DNA of 63,002 nucleotides, the filler included, from Collodictyon triciliatum (Eukaryota): assembly GCA_043381765.1 (NCBI GenBank). It is 21 parts of 21 records of this genome, joined end to end, with 100 filler letters (N's around TTAATTAATTAA, not from the genome) between each part and the next. Parts side by side here need not be neighbours in the genome. Positions count along the whole stretch, not along the records: positions 1 to 2,909 come from JBHJMP010008085.1; positions 3,010 to 5,917 come from JBHJMP010008088.1; positions 6,018 to 8,925 come from JBHJMP010008089.1; positions 9,026 to 11,933 come from JBHJMP010008090.1; positions 12,034 to 14,941 come from JBHJMP010008091.1; 16 more parts are not named here. One strand, written 5' to 3'. Shown one piece after another: positions 1 through 12,108 of this stretch (its first letter is position 1; each line of letters opens with the position of its first letter). The notes under the pieces were generated by a model. That model was not told the DNA's origin. It made no database searches and worked only from the letters and a program-made list of their open reading frames with translations. The position numbers and the translations under genes were made by a program.

Positions 1-100
1 TTATCCTACCCAACTTCGACTCTTTTAATAATAATTTAGTCTTTATAATAATGCGTCAAGCACCCACAACTAACAGTTTAAAAAATTCTCTTTTGGTGGT

Positions 101-116
101 TTATTATTATTATTAC

Positions 117-214
<98 letters not shown>
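101..214. repeat. (TTA)n/(TATCAT)n microsatellite in intron
   Basis: Direct reading; source of the spurious poly-Y ORF. Confidence 0.97.
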
Positions 215-215
<1 letters not shown>

Positions 216-220
216 CTCAG

Positions 221-2470
221 GGAAATAAAGGTGGAGTTGGTATTCGCTTCCAGTTGCACGATACCACCATTTGCTTCATAAACAGCCATTTAGCAGCACA
301 CCAAGGTTCATATTATATTTGTTTGTATGTTTGTATGTTTGTATGTTTGTATGTTTGTATGTTTGTATGTTTGTATGTTTGTATGTTTGTATGTTTGTAT
401 GTTTGTATGTTTGCTTGTTTGCTTGTTTGTATGTTCATTTGTTTGTTTGTTTGTTTGTTTGTTTGTTTGTTTGTTTGTTTGTTTGTTTGTTTGTTTGTTT
501 GTGTTGCCTCAGTCATTGAAGAAAAATATGCGACATACTCAAATGCACATTATCCATAATCAGATAACTGGCCAAGAAGGAATGACGATTTTCATGAAAT
601 TTACCGTGGTATGAAGTTTGAAGTTGGGAATGAAACGGTGGAGGCTCCAGAGCATGAGTAATGAACTTCGTCAATGTTATTGAAAATAGTTCAAACAAGA
701 AATTAAATATTCGATTTTTTATTTACAAAATCATTATGCATGTTCCCTATATAATATAGTATTCTATTCTGGATGGGAGACTTAAACTATAGAATCAACT
801 TGGCCAATGAAGTTGTTCGTCAAAAATGTGAAGAAAGAAAATACGACTTCTTGTTGGAACACGACCAGGTTTATTTAAGAGCATTTCCCTTACCAAAGGG
901 CCCTGGTATTGATGTTGCTCTCAATATAATGACCCATTTATCTCGGTTTTATTGAAGGTGTTCTCGTTAATGCATTATTTAGTTGTTTTTTTTTTCCTTT
1001 ATTCGAATGCATTATTTAGTTAATAGCTCAAATGAAAAATCGGACTGCGTTTCATGATTTCGATGAGGAAACAATAACTTTTGCTCCAACTTTTAAATAT
1101 GACGTGCACAAAGACATATACGATACAAGGCAAGTATTGATATGTTTTCTGTGATTTTTCCTTCTTTTTTTTTTTTGTTTTTAATATTCGTTTCTTTTAT
1201 TCATTTTTGAATTTCAAATTCTCAAATTTCATGTCTTTACTATCATATTTGCGCAATAGCGAGAAACGAAGAATACCAGCATATTGCGACCGCATCTTAT
1301 GGAGAAAAGGGTTTGCTGCTATTTCCTACAAAAATTACATGCTATTATTTCGCTGGTGTTCTTTTTTCCCATTCAAACTCTGCATACATTCATCTAATCG
1401 CTTAATAAAACATAGCAATATGCATTCTTTTTTCTTTTTTTTATCAATTGCAGTAATTATATAGTGTTTGTCCCCTGTTAATTGGAGGATTTATTTATAA
1501 GGTCCCCGGTTTCGGCAAAAAAATATTATCGCGAGGAACATAGGAGTTCTGACCATCGCCCAGTCTTTGGGACTTTTTCTGCACAGGTTTTGGATATTTT
1601 TTCATATATAGCCACGAAACAAGACCATACAAAAAGAAGAACGAGCATTCTGCGTAAAAGAAATTATTTTGTCGTAAATCAATGCTTCGCAACACATAAA
1701 TATATATATATATCAACTGGGATACAAAGTAAGATTAGAAGTATAAGCATCATCAAGTCCTGGTCTATGTACCAATCAGTTTTAGATTTGATTGAAATTT
1801 TAACTAGTGATTGTTCGTATCTAACTACAGTTTAGGATTGTGAATGAAGCAAAAAAATCGGAGCTCTTTAATGAACTTGCTAAGGGAATGGACAAGGCAA
1901 TCAACGAATTAATACCCGATACACTCGTCAGGTATCGATTGTCTCTTTATTTTAAAGAATAGAAAACTGAATATATAATCCCGAATTGTTGTGCATTTAT
2001 TCCATCGCAGACTCCATTTTATGAAAAAAATATTCCTTTATTCTATTCAAAGTGCAGCGTCTCCATTTTATGAGATAATTTTTTTTCAAACGTATAGTTG
2101 TAATACATTCGCCTTTGAGAATGTACGCTTTGGTATCAAATATTCAAAATCATTTGTTCTCGAAAACATCGGCTCGGTAATTCCACCCCCTCAATTGTGT
2201 TAATTTTTTTCTTTCCCTTCAAACAATAATCTAAAAAAAAATATGATGAAGTTAAACAATTGCCTAATGAATTCAACTTTTCACTACCGGAGAATATATG
2301 AACGGAATTGCATATATTCCCGAATTTCTTTTGGTGATTGAACACATAAATTATTTGCACCCACATTTATTCGTCTAATCATATGTAGGCAACAGCCAAG
2401 TTCCAGTTTATACCCAAGCATCAAGAAAAATATCCGTGCAAGCCGTGGCTGACACCGTTCCCTAGACAAG
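221..2470 (+). CDS. Inositol polyphosphate 5-phosphatase, OCRL/INPP5B-like (5-phosphatase domain plus start of ASH domain); spliced, partial at both ends
   Basis: Spliced exons give GNKGGVGIRF..ICFINSHLAAHQ, ILFWMGDLNYRI, FAPTFKYD..YDTSEKRRIPAYCDRILWRK, SSDHRPV, then FENVRF..SFVLENIG and FQFIPK..CKPWL (ASH-like). Confidence 0.92.
317..502. repeat. (TTTGTATG)n/(TTTG)n microsatellite in intron
   Basis: Direct reading. Confidence 0.95.
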
Positions 2471-2553
2471 GTTTGGCCTATTATTTCACCCAGTAACAAT
2501 CGCTGTCGTAGCATGAATTCTTGGTTATGGGTACATATATTTATGTATATATG

Positions 2554-2617
<64 letters not shown>

Positions 2618-2909
2618 ATCTATTTAGTTATTTATTTTTATTATTTATTTATTATTTATTTATTATTTATTTATTATTTATTTATTATTTTTTTATTATT
2701 TATTTATTATTTATTATTTATTTATTATCTATTATTTATTATCTATTATTTATTATCTATTATTTATTAATTTATTATTTATTTATTTTTTATTAATTTT
2801 TATTAATTTTTTATTTATTTATTTATTATTTATTTATTATTTATTTATTATTTATTTATTATTTATTTATTATTTATTTATTATTTATTTATTATTTATT
2901 TATTATTTA

Positions 2910-3009
2910 NNNNNNNNNNNNNNNNNNNNNNNNNNNNNNNNNNNNNNNNNNNNTTAATTAATTAANNNNNNNNNNNNNNNNNNNNNNNNNNNNNNNNNNN
3001 NNNNNNNNN
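2910..3009. other. Artificial contig spacer (44 N + TTAATTAATTAA + 44 N); recurs 20 times at about 3-kb intervals
   Basis: Identical 100-nt linker carrying stops in all six frames, separating segments of nearly equal length (about 2.90-2.91 kb) with unrelated content. Confidence 0.99.
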
Positions 3010-3095
3010 TCTTTTTCTTTCCACCCAAAACACAAAATCTCCAACCACACAATCCGGGGTTTTCCACTGTCTCGTCCACAGCTCATTTCTTGTCC

Positions 3096-3140
3096 TAGAG
3101 GCGAAGGCGGTTTCCTCGGCTTTGTTTTACATCGATAAAT
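3096..3140. repeat. Direct repeat copy 1 (TAGAGGCGAAGGCGGTTTCCTCGGCTTTGTTTTA...)
   Basis: Near-identical to 4598-4642. Confidence 0.9.
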
Positions 3141-3307
3141 TGTTTAAATGAATATAAATTTACAAATCCTTAATTATTCTTTCCATTTTTTTAAAAATAA
3201 AATTTCAAATAGTTTCGCAGCTATGAGTCCATAGGTCAATAACTATATGATAGAACAATTCATATATTGCTAGTGTATTTAAATTATGTACATGTTTTGC
3301 GCTGATT

Positions 3308-4479
3308 TTATTGTTTTATATCAACACATATTTCCTTTACAATGCCGGGACGATTGTTGACCCAAAACATTGGTACTTGTAATTTGTGCTTTGGTGGCCT
3401 CGATATCATAGTATTGTTTACGTAATTATCATACATGGTATGCTTTGTAAAAGCATTAAAGTGTACGAAACTGGGCCTAGAATTAGTGGGTATGAACTCT
3501 AAGTGGTCATAGTGTTTTCGCACCCATGGGCAAATAGGTATACATGCATTCTCAATAAACAGCATAACCATGGTAAACTCTAAACAGTGGTCGAGTTGAA
3601 AATCAAACTTTCTTTGGAGAAAGACTTCGTGAAAATATTTCTGATCGCTAGTTCCCTCAAGTTTATTTGTCTCTATATAGTTGCATATTGAACCTAATAT
3701 TTCCTTCAGTATCCACGCGTAAGCTATGTAAGTTCCAGAGTTTATGTGTCGAGGCCTAGCAAGAACTATGTGAGGGATTGACTCTTCATCTAAATTTAAA
3801 TTTTAAAATATATACTATTACTATAATTGATGTAATTTTACCCATTTTCTACACACGAGTTCCTGATTCCAATAGAGTCATATGCCTTCATACAACTTCC
3901 GTGGCCTACAATAGCACCTGGTTCAATACTTAGTATAACTTCATCGGGCCAGCAAGGAATCTCTACAGAGACAACCATATTAACTTTCTTGTCTATGAAT
4001 TGTTTCACTGTGACTTCGAAATAGTTATTAAATATCACGTCTAAGCAATCAGAAAATACGATTATTGTGTCGTTGGAGTATTTAGCTACTTCGTCCCTCA
4101 TGACAAAAAGTTTGTTTCTATTACTGATCCATTCGGAACCAAACTCAACAATATGCAACATAGCTCCATAAGTTTCGGCGGACTTAACGAAATTGCAGAA
4201 CTTTTGTTTTGGAGAGTCGCAAACTGAAATTACAACGGCATTGTATTTACTTAAAGCTTTGTTATATGTCTCAGTATAGATACCCATGTCGCTTCCTAAG
4301 TAACCTTTCCCAGCATTCCAGTCCTTCTCTCTTGGTTTATGTTTTAAGCCATATTCACTTTTCTGCTCCAAAAGACTAACTAAGTAAATATCTACAATAT
4401 GAAAAGCTAACCAAAATGCCAGTATTATTACTGACACCTTGAAGGATCTCGAAAGGATGTAATCTGCAGCTCTCATCAT
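3308..4479 (-). CDS. Type II membrane glycosyltransferase, PLOD GT-domain-like; two exons (intron about 3791-3854, donor uncertain)
   Basis: N-terminal TM (VSVIILAFWLAFHIV); IIVFSDCLDVIF (DxxD); VVSVEIPCWP; exon 2 PRHINSGTYIAYA, SDQKYF, QLDH and PSFVHFNA, matching the PLOD GT motifs LNSG/DDQ/LD/HGNG. Confidence 0.8.
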
Positions 4480-4597
4480 ATGAAATGATCCTTGACACAA
4501 TAATAAATAATTATGTATGATATCAATATGTAGTTATCTTAATATAAATACATCGAGATCATATTGCGTATTAAATTTTACCCTGGATTTAAATCTT

Positions 4598-4642
4598 TAG
4601 AGGCGAAGTCGGTTTCCTCGGCTTTGTTTTATCTCAATAAAC
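4598..4642. repeat. Direct repeat copy 2
   Basis: Near-identical to 3096-3140. Confidence 0.9.
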
Positions 4643-7073
4643 TTTTGTTAAGAAACCAAAAAAAACCCTGAAATTAGATCGAAAAAATTTGGGATTGTTC
4701 CATCAGAATCTCTATTTTGAAGCTCTACAGTAATTATAACCCCCTGTTACACGAATGTGTCAACTATAATTTACCGAGTGATATTAAAACAAATGCATTA
4801 AAGTCATGCATGACATTTTAAAATCTTATATTCAGAAATTTTGTTCAGAGTTAACCATTTAATGACTAAACTATCATAATTCAAATTCACTCGAAAGAAC
4901 CTAGCGATTTGAATTAATCAGCCTACAACGATCGCTTCCAAGCTTCACGTTTTTCTCAAACATCTATAAGTCTTGACTTTCAGCCATCCTACAAGATATC
5001 AAAATTAATAATTTCGAACGAAATATATATGAAACCGCAGAAAACCGTTTCTGAATGTGTTTCCTCCGCATTTGGTCGCTGTAGATTCGTACTTGTTCGT
5101 GCTGCATAATGTTGTGAGATTTTGGATCATGCTCATTTACAGAAATTGTCCATCTCGAGGCACCTACCAGTGACACAACTCAATAAATATACCTCAAGAA
5201 TAACAATCACGAAAATCTGACAAGAGATCAATTCGATACCTCGCCAAATTCATTCATATTACGGAAGCATATTTCATACCTAAGTGTCTATCATCGATAA
5301 AATTAAGAACAATCCGAATCCAAGTCCCACCAACATTATATCCTACTCCAAGCGGAAATAAGTGTCTTTTTGGAGACTCGCAGGTTCCCTCCTTTCAGAT
5401 GAGTAATAAATCTACGGAAATTACTTCAAGTCAAACATGCAGACGAGAGTCTCTACTAGCTCATAAGGGGCGAGGACAAAAAAAGTATATCGAGAATGGA
5501 TTTTAGAAACAATGTTATTATCCTCTTTGTATGAAATTATTGAACTTTTCTGTCAAAATGGATACTAACGATTAATGGTAAAAACAAGTTTTTTTTTTAT
5601 TCTAAAAGTCTTAGCTGTTGAGCCCGTCTCAACAATCCTTCAATCAACCATCAGGCAAGTAGTTCCAAAGTAGGTGGTGATGTGTGGGAGATAGAAAAAG
5701 AAAAACAGGGATAAAGGGAAAAAAAAAAGGGGAAAAGAGATGTCCTTGAGGCTTGATAAGAGACGCATGGATTTCTTTTGGGGACGCGTGATAGTGTCCC
5801 ACGAGTATGAAAAAAAGGGACGGGTGATATTGATTGGATGGAGGAGGGGGAATACTGCTTTGATGGCGCAAGGTGTCGAAAAGGATGGTGAAAAGAGAAG
5901 TGAGGTTCGTTTGATAANNNNNNNNNNNNNNNNNNNNNNNNNNNNNNNNNNNNNNNNNNNNTTAATTAATTAANNNNNNNNNNNNNNNNNNNNNNNNNNN
6001 NNNNNNNNNNNNNNNNNTTTTTTTTTTTTCTTTTTTTTTTTAATATATCTTTATTCAAATGTATCCATACGACGAGTAGGGTGACGAGTTTATTTTGGTT
6101 TAAAAGGGATCCTATACAAAGACTTTTGAAAATACCCGAGGCCATATTTTATTTATCAAATTTCGAAATCATGTATTTCTTACCCCAAACAATCGTATTG
6201 CTTTTATACATAGGGATTACAATGCTGGATGACACATGATAATCTTTTCAATCACAATATTGTACGTAAATATATGCAATATTTATCAGATATTTCTTAC
6301 TTAATGCTCTGCATGATGTTCATTTGTGTTTTGTTAGTCATAGCTGAGGTATAAACTAATACAAATATATATATCCTGTAACAACACAATTCATTTCTGA
6401 GTAGATTTTCTCATGAAATGACATTTCTATGAGGTTCAACCCCCCCTAAGACTCAATAAACCGTGCATCGCATATGAATCATTTCGTCTAGAATTTCAGT
6501 TTGTCGGTGTCTTTCAATACCCGTTGATATGTTATTGATGGTATGAATGCTATTTGGATAAACAAGCGGCACGCTTCTCGATACTCATCAGAACCGATGG
6601 ACTCATTTTTTTTCTTCCTCTTTCAGTTTGCATCGGTATCGGCGATTTGCTTGTTACCGATAAGCCAGACAATCCCTTTTTTTCTTGTCTTATTTTTTTT
6701 TTTCAAAAAAAAAAAACAACGTAATTTGGAGTTTCTGCTACCCCAGATGAATTAAAACAATAAATAATACCGACATATTATAATTTTTTTTCTTGAGGTC
6801 CTCCATAATCCTCTCAGACCAGACGTCTTATAGGCTTTGGTATAAACAGTTAAGTTAATGAGGCTACATCGAATCCATGTTAAATGCTAGAGATCATGTA
6901 GTATCCACGAATGACAATGACTTTGCTAGATTGAAGTATGATACGGCATAAATATACAAAGTGCGGGATAATCGCGCACGGTCGAGAGCAGACGAAGGCA
7001 AGAAAGACTAGCTGGAAGGTGACAGCACTGGGGGAAGACATCAGTGATGGCAAGTTGGTCATGCAAAAGTTTC

Positions 7074-7120
<47 letters not shown>

Positions 7121-7729
7121 TTGTGAGTGGGTAGATGAGAGTTGGACGTGTGGTGGTAGGTATCACACGACACATTCCCGCATTGTTCTTCGCTTGCGGT
7201 CAGAGCAGCAAGACCCAATAATTACACACACATATAGGTATCCATAGTCTCAAGCTACCTTTGAGGCAGAGTTTTCGCCCCGGAGTTTGCCTGTCTAAAG
7301 TTTATACACCTTCTTAATGAATGGTAGATTATCATGCGTTCTTTGTTCGGTCAATTTGTGCTGAATTCAGATGTATTTGTAATTGAGACTGCCCAACTCT
7401 AATCACCAGATCTTAAATATTCTCGTTGGAACTGGTCAAGAAAAAAGAAAAAAGAAAGAAGAAAAAAGAAAGAAGAAAGAAGAAAGAAGAAAGAAGAAAG
7501 AAGAAAGAAGAAAGAAGAAGAAAAAGAATTAATAAACATCCCTGTTACTTAAATAAGGTCCAAAGGTGAATAAAGGTACTTTTTTTCCTTATTCGATTCA
7601 AACTGCAGCAAGGTTATGCCATACAAGGGGCGAGATAGCTACGCATGGTAGAGAGCAAACGCGAGTAGGAAAAGACGCTACTGTGGACAGGAAAGGTGTA
7701 GAAAATTATGTTTTCTTGGGGTTCTTCGC

Positions 7730-8845
7730 CTATTGATACATATGCACTTCATCTTTCGTCCAGAGAGCCACATAAAATTCTTGCCCGCGCCCAAAGCAAA
7801 TCCCAATAGGGTTGTTCACTGAAAGAGTTTTGATGACCTCTCCGGCTTCAGAATAGAAGGTGACTGTAGAAGAGTCATAGTCACTGAGAGCAAAGCCAGT
7901 CCCAAAACTACGGGCCAAATAGATGCAGGCATGTCCAGTTTTTTTTATACCGATATTATGCAAGTAAGTTCCATTACTCGAGAACACATGCACGCTACTT
8001 GAAGAGCGACTTGCAACCATGATTTCATCAAAGTGATTGACCATTAATCCATATGGCCTCCAGTTCTCCTCAGATACAAGCGTTTGGTCAAAAGCTCGAA
8101 CATGATTAAGCTCTTTGTCATACATTTGAATGCGCCTGTTCCCAAAATCCACAATATAGATGTTTCCTTGTGAATCAAATGCGCAGTTTCTGGGGTTGTC
8201 CAGTTGGTCACCATCGGAACCCCGTTTATTGATGGCCGAAAGATAATCATGGGTTTGGTCGCAAAAGAACTGAACTGAGTTTCTGTCCCAATCACTGACC
8301 GCGATACGGCCGTCTAAGGAGATTGAGATGTCACATGGCTCTAAAAACTGATGAGTTTCTGCCTCGATAGAACCAATACAACTGATGTACTTTAAGTCTT
8401 TGTCATAAACTTTAACACATTTGTTGCTGTTATCCACAATGTAGACTCGTCCTGTGGTGGGGTGAACAGCAACAGCGCATGGATATTTGAATTCATAGTT
8501 GCCAATACCTGACCCGCCTATTTCTTTCTTCAACCCTTGCATCTTCTCCAATGAAAATATAACGGGAGGGAAGGAGGTACTGAACCACTTTTGAAAGAGA
8601 GTTTGAGTGTCCTCTGCAAGATCGAGAGTGTCTTTTGTCATTAACATGAGATTGGGGGTTGATGGGATTGAGTTCCAATTGAAAGTGCATATCGTCTGCG
8701 TCTCCCGATACAGGTGCAAGGGGATAACAATGGTATGATTACTTTCTTTAGCCATTTGGATTTGTTTCTTTACCGGAACGAAGCTTCTTTTAAAATACTT
8801 GGTGGCTACAACACACTGACTCTCAAATCTATTGTATGGCTTCAT
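7730..8845 (-). CDS. NHL-repeat beta-propeller protein (intronless)
   Basis: 371-aa ORF with repeats FKYPCAVAV..GRVYIVD, FLEPCDISIS.DGRIAVSD, LDNPRNCAFDSQGNIYIVD, WRPYGLMV, NNPIGICF. Confidence 0.9.
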   Translation of the reverse strand: MKPYNRFESQCVVATKYFKRSFVPVKKQIQMAKESNHTIVIPLHLYRETQTICTFNWNSIPSTPNLMLMTKDTLDLAEDTQTLFQKWFSTSFPPVIFSLEKMQGLKKEIGGSGIGNYEFKYPCAVAVHPTTGRVYIVDNSNKCVKVYDKDLKYISCIGSIEAETHQFLEPCDISISLDGRIAVSDWDRNSVQFFCDQTHDYLSAINKRGSDGDQLDNPRNCAFDSQGNIYIVDFGNRRIQMYDKELNHVRAFDQTLVSEENWRPYGLMVNHFDEIMVASRSSSSVHVFSSNGTYLHNIGIKKTGHACIYLARSFGTGFALSDYDSSTVTFYSEAGEVIKTLSVNNPIGICFGRGQEFYVALWTKDEVHMYQ

Positions 8846-9031
8846 CCTTTTGCGACATTCAATTCGAATCTAAGAGCGTGTGTGGTATATGAGTTGTGAA
8901 AATAGTAGTGAAAGGTTATCACTCGNNNNNNNNNNNNNNNNNNNNNNNNNNNNNNNNNNNNNNNNNNNNTTAATTAATTAANNNNNNNNNNNNNNNNNNN
9001 NNNNNNNNNNNNNNNNNNNNNNNNNACCACC

Positions 9032-11933
9032 TTAAATGCTGTCCAAAAGTGTGCTTTTGATTTCGCTGAACGAGGGCCGTGCGCTCGGGTCATTATCCCA
9101 GCAGAGCTTCATCAACCTCTCGATGGCTGGATTCATGTTTCGAGGAATGACTGGGCGTAAGCCCTCCGTTACCCTGAATTGAGTGAGAAACGTACTTTGC
9201 TCTGGATATGGATTCCTTCGGTTTTCGATTTCCCACAAAATAATAGAGAGGCTGTAGACGTCTGCCTTCTCGTTATATCTTTCTCCGCGCAATACCTGCA
9301 TCCATCAAAATTCACCACCAAAATTTCAAAAACAGCATCTTCAGAAAAGAGACAGGGGATATGTATATAGCAATCAACGAAACCGGTTGAATTGATTTAC
9401 CTCTGGAGCTTGATAAGTTGCCGTTCCACATTTTGTCATGGTTTTTGTGTTGGCACGAATACGAGCGAAGCCAAAGTCACAAATTTTCACATCATAATCG
9501 GCTGTAATCTAACATAGCCATGAAAATGTTTGGAATTAAAATAATAGTTTCAAATTTCAAACAAATCCAGGAGATGATAAAAAAAAAAAGACTTACAAGA
9601 ATGTTGGCCGGCTTCAAGTCTCTATGCAGGATTACCGGGTTGCGTGTGTGCAGATATTCCATACCGTGGACTATTCCTTCAATAATCTTCTTTCTATGCT
9701 CCATTATGCACGTCATTCAAAATGCCATTGTTTTATTCTTTTGTGATTTTTTTATTCTTCTGTTTTTGTTTTGTTTTGTTTTGTTCTCTTTTCTTTTGTT
9801 TTCTTTTGTGTTCATATCTGATTTCATCGCATCGTAGCTCACTTGTTGCTAATAGTCAGCAGATTGGTTGCATTTTTCAAGTATTCCCGCAGATTACCAG
9901 GTTCCACTAACTCAGTTACCATAGCTAGCTGACCATACTTTGTACATGCCCCGATGAATCGAATGATGTTCGGATGATTCAACTTCCTGCACAGACATTC
10001 GTATTTAATCCCTTATTCAACAAACACAAACTTTTATCAAATTTTAAATAACAACGATGGATATGTGAGATAACTCCGCGGTTTTAGATTCATATACCAA
10101 CAAAGCTATTTCTGCAAAAAATGAAAAGTTTGTTGGGCGAGAATGGTGTAATATTACCTGAGAATCGAAATTTCAGTCATGAATCCGATACTAGCCTGGT
10201 CTCTACCTGTCTGAGTGTGAATGACTTTGACCGCAACTTTCAAGCCCTAATGAATTTCAAATAAGTGGTGTCGGTTGTGAATGAAATTATTGAGCAAGCT
10301 TTGTTTTACCAATCAGAATGTCCGACATTCGATTATGAGAAGAGGAGAGAACCTTAAAGGACGCGGCGTAGACACTTCCGTATGAGCCATGCCCCAAAAC
10401 TTCAGGGTCAATGACTAAGTCAGAGTAGTCAATATACCATTTGGCGCGACCTTGATGGTGTCTTTTTTCAGACTGAATCAGTCGTTTTGGTTTTTTTGGT
10501 TGCTCTGAAAGATCTTTGCAATCGGAAGAGTTAACAGGGATATTGGGAATATCGACAGCAACATGATTTGTTGTCTCATCGGTTTTGTCTCGAATTTCTT
10601 GTGTTCCATGAGACAAACCCTGTCAACAGTTTTTAACATAAATAAGTAGAACATAATGATGAATTATTTTTATTTTCAGTTAAAATTTGTAAAAGAAAAA
10701 GAAAAAGAAGATAATAACGACACAAATTAATGAGAACATCAACCATGTTATCTGCTCTTGTTTGCATCGAGACGTGGTACGCCTGGTTGGATTTAAGTGG
10801 ATTATTATCTTTCTGGACCATTATTATAATTCGAATAAAGGGGTAAAAAGATTTTCTGAATATTTATGAAATAATGAGAGTATCGTTGATTTACACGTCT
10901 GATTCTGTCAACTAATCCAACTTAATGTAAAAAAAAAAAGTAATTAATTAATTTCAAAACCTCGTAGATGGGAGGGAGGGCTTTTCCTGAGGTCGGAGTA
11001 AAAAAACGTACAAATGCTGTTTTCTGTAGATCACAAACACTCTTGGATAAGCTCTGCAAGATTTACGTGCACGTGTGAGGATTTTGTCTAAGAAAAATAT
11101 CTAAACATGGATTTAAGCATTTGTGTATTTTATTCAAAGGATGAAAACCTGATACGCAGCCTCGGTTAGTAGAATTTGACCTCCAAACGCCTCTTGTTTA
11201 AGCTCGGATGACAGAGACGCCACCTTTGAGCATGATGATAGAAAAAAGAAAACTCAAACCTAATTCATTGTTTCTTATTGTTCCTTTTTTTCATAAAATA
11301 CTCCTCAGTTGCCAAAGTAAAAATACCTTCCCACGGTATTCATACTGAGTGGGGTATTCTTCCAGACTTATTGTACATATTCCAAAAGATAGCCCCTACA
11401 GATATGCCAAAGCAGTTCACTCAAAATTATACAGAAGGCTCAATATTGCTCAGTCAGCTTCACATAAGAAGAAAAAACCATTTTCACGCGAAGTCCTTTC
11501 AGAGAGCCGCAAAGAATCGCATTAGAATTTTCGTGCTCTAATATTTCCTTGCTCCACCTACATTCCTGTAGCTCTACCTGGGATTCTGCACAGAATCTGC
11601 AAGAAAATCATAGTTAGATGCATTCTGTTGGATGAGTTGTTTTTCCAGAATCCAAGCTAAAAAAGTATCAATACTTGATAGCATCAATTGTTTCCTGAAA
11701 AACAATCACAAATTCATCCAAGTCGCTCCGACTGATGTATCCTCGCAGTCGGGAGGATGCCTACAAGTCGAAGATAAAATGAACTAGTTTTTCCTTGGAA
11801 AAAAAAACGTAAAGTATGTCATTAGATGGTGATGACACTACTTTACCTGTCTCAGTATTCTATTGTGAGCCATTACTGCTTCATACATATGCACCGGAAT
11901 GTCTTCCCAAAGCTTTTCAGACCCAAATATTGC
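9032..11933 (-). CDS. Class III nucleotide cyclase-like domain fused to C-terminal TKL protein kinase; spliced, 5' partial
   Basis: Cyclase exons: AIFGSEKLWED..MYEAVMAHNRILRQ / GYISRSDLDEFVIVF / KFCAESQVELQECRW..LKGLRVKM / GLSFG..YEYRGK / AFGGQILLTE. Kinase: LGHGSYGSV, VAVK, HRDLKPANIL, DFG, CGTATYQAPE, KADVYS. Confidence 0.88.
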
Positions 11934-12108
11934 NNNNNNNNNNNNNNNNNNNNNNNNNNNNNNNNNNNNNNNNNNNNTTAATTAATTAANNNNNNNNNNN
12001 NNNNNNNNNNNNNNNNNNNNNNNNNNNNNNNNNTTAGTTGTTTTATTATCGTTTTTGTTATTGGCGTTGATGACCGAATTAAGACCCCTGATTACTCACA
12101 CCACCCAG

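Noticed and set aside
51-614. Poly-Y and (MFVCLYVC)n ORFs, and similar SSR-derived ORFs throughout the track
   Set aside because: Translations of intronic or intergenic microsatellites or of N runs
3094-3125. Helitron 3' end (hairpin + CTAG on minus strand)
   Set aside because: Hairpin is weak, CTAG is not followed by T, the second copy lacks CTAG, and no Rep/helicase is visible
4930-5500. Possible coding or transposon remnant
   Set aside because: No sustained open frame or recognisable motif found
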